Shown piece after piece: positions 59,313 to 64,000 of a DNA stretch of 64,000 bases. Origin of the DNA: Patescibacteria group bacterium (lineage in GTDB: Bacteria; Patescibacteriota; Minisyncoccia; Phycocordibacterales; JAKAEA01); contig JAZKCY010000001.1 in the NCBI GenBank assembly GCA_040387855.1, positions 189,857 to 253,856 on the forward strand, written 5' to 3'. The stretch's first letter is position 1. Each line of letters begins with the position of its first letter. The translations under genes and the position numbers were made by a program. Under the pieces are notes generated by a model, which searched no databases, was not told the origin of the DNA, and saw only the letters and a list, made by a program, of their open reading frames with translations.

Positions 59313-60398
59313 ATGAATAAGAAAATCATTGTCATCCTTTCAGTATTAGCCATAATCGTCTTTGCTGGCGCTGTTATTATTTCTGTAAATAAAAACTCAA
59401 ATTCTGTACCTGTAGCAACAAATACAGGCTCAACAACACCAACAGGAAGTTCAAGTACATCAACACCTACAACAGGTGGTACTGCTACTACAACTCCTAA
59501 TGTAAAAACATACAACAATACTACTCACGCATTCTCATTTCAGTATCCAGCAACGTATCGAGATACAACAGCAGAACGAAGTTCAAACATCCCACTTCTT
59601 TCACTTGAAAAAGGTGAGACTGCTATTGCTATAAAAAGAATAGTTCCAACTGCATCTCAAACATATGAGAAAGCCCTTATTAATGATGTGATTCTTGATC
59701 CAAAGGGAGATCATCCAGAATCATTTAAAGAATTTACATCACGAACTATAAATGGAAAGCAATTCCATTGGATTGTTACAAGTAGATTTGAAGGATTGAT
59801 TACGATTAATTATTATTTGAAACGAGACAAAGATATTCTAGTTTTCTCAACTCAAAATCGAAATGTGCCTGAATGGACAAACCCTGCATATGTTATAGAT
59901 GATGAACCTGTGCACAAAGATTTGCGTGGAATGCTTGCAACATTGAAATCTGCAACAGCTGCAGATACAACACTAGAAATTAGTTTGTTCTATGTGAATA
60001 CTACAAGTCCTGATTTTAATGTATCATGCGCTGCAACTGGAAAAGTTACGAGAATAATACCTAAGACTGTTGCAACAGCTGATGCTGCACTAAAAGAATT
60101 ATTTAAGGGACCAACAGCAACAGAAAAATCCCAAGGACTTATATCTTCATTTGATAAACCACTTGAAGGTTCGACTCAAGATCCAAAACCACTTCGTGAT
60201 CACTATATTGGTGTGACGGTAAAAAATGGAAAGGCAACAGTTAACTTTAAACCCGACGGTATGACTTATTTAAACTCAACTGCATGCATGCAGGAGAGTG
60301 TAAAAACATCAATTGAGAAAACACTAAAGCAGTTCTCATCAATTACTGAAGTTGTGTATGCAATCAATGGGAAAGTTGTAACAGATTGGGATGCTTAA
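59313..60398 (+). CDS. secreted protein with a T/S-rich linker and a C-terminal GerMN-like domain
   Basis: Signal anchor, T/S low-complexity region, and a C-terminal LKELFKGPT...GKATVNFKP...ITEVVYAINGKVV segment. Confidence 0.45.
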   Translation: MNKKIIVILSVLAIIVFAGAVIISVNKNSNSVPVATNTGSTTPTGSSSTSTPTTGGTATTTPNVKTYNNTTHAFSFQYPATYRDTTAERSSNIPLLSLEKGETAIAIKRIVPTASQTYEKALINDVILDPKGDHPESFKEFTSRTINGKQFHWIVTSRFEGLITINYYLKRDKDILVFSTQNRNVPEWTNPAYVIDDEPVHKDLRGMLATLKSATAADTTLEISLFYVNTTSPDFNVSCAATGKVTRIIPKTVATADAALKELFKGPTATEKSQGLISSFDKPLEGSTQDPKPLRDHYIGVTVKNGKATVNFKPDGMTYLNSTACMQESVKTSIEKTLKQFSSITEVVYAINGKVVTDWDA

Positions 60399-60443
60399 AC
60401 TCGACAATAATGTGTGCTATACTAGCCACATAACAATAAATAT

Positions 60444-60998
60444 ATGATGTACATACTTTTAGCCATTGTAGCGGTAATAGTTCTATGGTTTATCGTTGCA
60501 TACAACGGTTTTGTCAGTCTTATTAATCGTGCAAAAGAAGCATGGGCTGACATTGATGTGCAGCTCAAACGACGGTATGACCTTATCCCAAATCTTGTAA
60601 ATACGGTAAAGGGATATGCAACGCATGAAAGTTCAGCATTTGAAAATGTAACAAAGGCTCGAGCAGCAGCAATTGGTGCGCAAAATATTAATGAAAAAGG
60701 GGAAGCAGAAAATATGCTCTCTGGTGCATTAAAATCACTCTTTGCAGTTGCCGAAGCATATCCAGATTTGAAAGCCAATCAAAACTTCCTCGAACTTCAG
60801 CGAGAACTTTCAGACACAGAAAATAAAATTCAAGCAGCTCGACGATTCTACAACGGTAATGTGCGAGACTTAAACACAAAGGCAGAATCATTTCCTTCAA
60901 ACATTGTGGCAAAAACATTCAGCTTTGGAAAAATGGAATTCTTTGAACTTGGTGCAGATGAAGCAGCAGCACGAAACCCAGTAGAAGTTAAATTCTAA
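60444..60998 (+). CDS. lemA: LemA family protein
   Basis: An N-terminal TM followed by the LemA pattern NGFVSLINRAKEAWADIDVQLKRRYDLIPNLV. Confidence 0.8.
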   Translation: MMYILLAIVAVIVLWFIVAYNGFVSLINRAKEAWADIDVQLKRRYDLIPNLVNTVKGYATHESSAFENVTKARAAAIGAQNINEKGEAENMLSGALKSLFAVAEAYPDLKANQNFLELQRELSDTENKIQAARRFYNGNVRDLNTKAESFPSNIVAKTFSFGKMEFFELGADEAAARNPVEVKF

Positions 60999-61003
60999 AA
61001 AAC

Positions 61004-62983
61004 ATGACACAAGCACAGAGGACATGCTCTCGATTTTTAAAGAGTAGCATCATACTGCTCTGTGCTTTTGTTGTATTTGGAAGTGCATATTCTATTGCTC
61101 AAGCCCAAACTTCTGATCGAAGCTATAAATATGAATCCATCTATTATTCATATTCAATAAATAAAGATTCATCTGTTGATGCACGAGAAACTCAAACATA
61201 TATATTTCAGGGAACGTATCATGCTGCAGAGCGAATAATCCCACTTAATAAAATAGATGACATTACTGATATTTCAGTCGTAGATGCTACGACAGGTACA
61301 CCACTTATATATAGTACAGAGCCAATAGATAAAAATGATCCAGCAAGCTGGGGGAAATACACAGTCACTCTAGAAAACAGCAATTATTATATACGTTGGT
61401 ATTACGACCTTACTGATACTACTCATACGTGGATAGTGTCATATAAGCTTCACGGAGCAATTACATTCCTTAAAGAGAAAGATGAGTTCTATTGGAATTT
61501 ATTTGAAAGGTATGATGTGCCTATAGCACAGAGTAAAATTTCTGTAATGCTTCCCGATCATTCTTTTGGAACTAAAGGAATGAATGTTCAGCTGTATGCA
61601 AGTGGTGGAATTACGGGTAGCTCTGGTATTGTGAATTCTCGGTTGTTTGAATTTACTGCAGAGAATATCCAACCTGGTCAGCCTGTAACAATTGCCGCAG
61701 GTTGGGCAAAAGGAATTGTATCTAGGGCTTCGTATTGGAAATATTTCTTGTTCCAGTATTTACCATATGTAATTGCAATTCTTGTTGCTATTGGATCACT
61801 TATTATTGGACTCCTTCATTGGTACTTTACTGAGAAACATAATGTGGGCCGTGGCACTATTATCCCAGAATATGAACCTCCACAAAACTTGCGTCCTGCA
61901 ATGGCAGAAGCACTCGTAAAAGAGGGAATAAGCAATAAAGCATGGGCTGCAACAATAGTTGATTTGGCAGTTCGTGGTTATGTGAAAATTTCAGAAGAAA
62001 GTTCAAGCGTATGGAATAAAATGGTGTATGTTATTCCCATAGCTTTTTTCGGGCTATTTTTAGCACTATTTGTTATCCCATCTCTAGTTGAAGGTGACTT
62101 TCTTGGAGCACTAATTTTTGGGGGATTTGTTGTCTTGATAATCTTTTTTAGATTTATGGGTGGGAAATTAAATTTGGCTCCTAAAGATTACATTATTGAA
62201 AGACTGAAAGATCCTGTAGGTGATCCTCACCTTGAGAATTATGAAAAGAGTTTCATTGGCATTTTAGGAACACGTTTTTCTACAAAGGATATGAAACGAG
62301 CTAGTAAATCAACTAAATCTGAGATGGCCTCAGCTATGAGAGATCTAAAAACAGATTTGTATGCAGAAACAGATCTTGATACTCGTGCCTATTCAGTGCC
62401 ATTGTCACATTCTAAATATATAGGATATGCATTTGGATCTTTGTTTCTCATTGCATGGGTCGTTGGATTCTTTATGGAAAATATTCCCGGGGTAACTTTT
62501 GCAACAGGAATCCCAGGAAGTTATATTTTTTCTGGAATAGTATGTTTCATATCTCTTGGTTTCTTGTTCTTGTATATAAAATTTAATCCGCGGTTATCAG
62601 AAGAGGGAGCAATCTTACGAGAGAAATGGTTGGGATTCAAAATGTACTTAGAAACAGCAGAACGATATAGAATGCAAAATCTTACTCCAGAACTATTTGA
62701 AAAATATCTACCATATGCCATTATATTCGGGGTTGAAAAGAAATGGGCTCGATCATTTGAAAGTATCAACATTACACCTCCGTCTTGGTTTGTAGGCCCA
62801 GCCTATATTGGATCAACTGGTATCGCAAGCTCTGTAGGGGCATCATCATTCTCAGCCTCAGCGTTCTCATCTTCATTTTCTTCAAGTCTCACATCATCAT
62901 TCTCAAGTGCAGGTGGTGGTGCATCAGGTGGCGGTGGAAGCTCAGGTGGCGGCGGAGGAGGAGGTGGTGGAGGTGCTAGTTAA
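61004..62983 (+). CDS. DUF2207-family membrane protein with a C-terminal poly-Gly/Ser tail
   Basis: 659 aa with a large extracytoplasmic N-terminal domain, multiple TMs and a C-terminal GGGASGGGGSSGGGGGGGGGG tail. The placement next to lemA is conserved. Confidence 0.6.
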   Translation: MTQAQRTCSRFLKSSIILLCAFVVFGSAYSIAQAQTSDRSYKYESIYYSYSINKDSSVDARETQTYIFQGTYHAAERIIPLNKIDDITDISVVDATTGTPLIYSTEPIDKNDPASWGKYTVTLENSNYYIRWYYDLTDTTHTWIVSYKLHGAITFLKEKDEFYWNLFERYDVPIAQSKISVMLPDHSFGTKGMNVQLYASGGITGSSGIVNSRLFEFTAENIQPGQPVTIAAGWAKGIVSRASYWKYFLFQYLPYVIAILVAIGSLIIGLLHWYFTEKHNVGRGTIIPEYEPPQNLRPAMAEALVKEGISNKAWAATIVDLAVRGYVKISEESSSVWNKMVYVIPIAFFGLFLALFVIPSLVEGDFLGALIFGGFVVLIIFFRFMGGKLNLAPKDYIIERLKDPVGDPHLENYEKSFIGILGTRFSTKDMKRASKSTKSEMASAMRDLKTDLYAETDLDTRAYSVPLSHSKYIGYAFGSLFLIAWVVGFFMENIPGVTFATGIPGSYIFSGIVCFISLGFLFLYIKFNPRLSEEGAILREKWLGFKMYLETAERYRMQNLTPELFEKYLPYAIIFGVEKKWARSFESINITPPSWFVGPAYIGSTGIASSVGASSFSASAFSSSFSSSLTSSFSSAGGGASGGGGSSGGGGGGGGGGAS

Positions 62984-62994
62984 TTCTGAACATT

Positions 62995-63882
62995 ATGAAT
63001 ATTTATCACGAACAAAGTAAGAACGTCTGGAAGACATGGTTTCTCATGATCATGTTTTTTGCAGTGATCATTGGAATTGGATTTGGATTTGCTCAAGCAT
63101 ACAATAATTCTATTATTCTCTACATTGCAGTTGGATTTAGTTTTTTTATGAATATCTTTAGTTATTGGTATTCAGATAAAATTGTGCTGAAAATGTATAA
63201 AGCACAAGAAGTAACAAATGAAAGTCATCCTGATTTGTATAACAGTGTAGAAAATTTGTGCATTACTGCGGGATTACCTTTACCTAAGATTTATGTAATT
63301 CCTGATGCAGCACCCAATGCTTTTGCTACAGGGAGAAATAAAAATCATGCAGCAGTGGCATTTTCATCCGGGCTTTTGCAAATGCTTAATAAATCAGAAC
63401 TTGAAGGAGTGATAGCTCACGAGCTTTCACATATTGGGAATAGAGATATTCTCATTTCAACTATTGTAGTTGTGCTTGTGGGATTTGTGAGTATTCTAGC
63501 TGACATGTTTTTGCACGGTGCGATGTGGGGAGGAATGAATCGTGATGATGACTCAAAAGGTAATGCAATCTCTGTTATTATTGGAATTGCATTAGCTATT
63601 TTAGCTCCATTAGCGGTAACTGTCATTCAGCTAGCTATCTCACGAAAAAGAGAATACCTTGCCGATGCATCTGGTGCACTGCTCACTCGATATCCAGAAG
63701 GACTTGCTTCAGCTCTTGAAAAAATTTCCTCTTACAACCGTCCTATGAATCATGCAACTCAAGCGACAGCGCATATGTTTATTGCAAATCCATTTGGAGG
63801 TCTAGGCAAACGTGCAGCAGGACTTTTTGCAACTCATCCACCTGCAGAAGATCGAATTAGAATTTTGCGAGGAATGAAATAA
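62995..63882 (+). CDS. htpX: HtpX-like M48 zinc metalloprotease
   Basis: HELSHIGNRD (HExxH), a downstream Glu ligand region, and 4 TMs. Confidence 0.8.
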   Translation: MNIYHEQSKNVWKTWFLMIMFFAVIIGIGFGFAQAYNNSIILYIAVGFSFFMNIFSYWYSDKIVLKMYKAQEVTNESHPDLYNSVENLCITAGLPLPKIYVIPDAAPNAFATGRNKNHAAVAFSSGLLQMLNKSELEGVIAHELSHIGNRDILISTIVVVLVGFVSILADMFLHGAMWGGMNRDDDSKGNAISVIIGIALAILAPLAVTVIQLAISRKREYLADASGALLTRYPEGLASALEKISSYNRPMNHATQATAHMFIANPFGGLGKRAAGLFATHPPAEDRIRILRGMK

Positions 63883-63902
63883 TTACTAAATATATAAAAC
63901 AT

Positions 63903-64000
63903 ATGCTAATAAAAAATCAGATAAAAAATAAAGGCGCGATAGGTATATCAGCAATTATTGGAATTATAGTTGTAATTCTTATCATTGTAGGTGTTATGCT
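63903..64000 (+). CDS. hypothetical membrane protein (3' truncated by the window edge)
   Basis: The ORF starts MLIKNQIKNKGAIGISAIIGIIVVILIIVGVM and runs off the end of the window. Confidence 0.3.
   Translation, partial: MLIKNQIKNKGAIGISAIIGIIVVILIIVGVM

Noticed and set aside
62880-62990. A repetitive GGTGGNGG tract, considered as a possible CRISPR or tandem DNA repeat
   Set aside because: It is the coding sequence of the poly-Gly/Ser tail of the DUF2207 protein. There is no spacer-repeat periodicity and no cas genes in the window.

Overview
This is an AT-rich (~35% GC) bacterial contig with a streamlined, CPR/Patescibacteria-like gene content (inference): gatC'/gatA, a tRNA cluster, prfB, ftsEX, pyrG, an ABC-F ATPase, nrdAB, folD, RNase J, secG, groES/groEL, LemA-DUF2207-HtpX, a type IV pilin, and a sortase with an LPXTG substrate. 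The main accessory feature is a ~16.8 kb integrative island (about 6873-23701) inserted at a tRNA-Thr(GGT) gene. That tRNA is interrupted by a ~190 nt group I-like intron in the anticodon loop, and a duplicated 5' half lies just upstream. The island is bounded by two tyrosine integrases and an imperfect direct repeat of the tRNA 3' part. Its cargo includes a 2407-aa RHS/YD-repeat polymorphic toxin with an uncharacterised C-terminal domain, an overlapping putative immunity gene, a degraded orphan RHS core fragment and a run of small immunity-like genes. It also carries a frameshifted Fic gene, a degenerate GIY-YIG-like gene translationally coupled to a proteasome-beta/HslV-like protease, a terminase-small-like gene and an XRE regulator. 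Other notable points are two compositionally aberrant GC-rich segments (2520-2830 between tRNAs; 35690-36320 encoding a membrane protein), a GC-rich multi-hairpin element upstream of a methyltransferase (50118-50250), and an NrdA with a long C-terminal extension lacking the usual Cys pair. All functional calls rest on motifs read from the ORF translations; no database search was possible.
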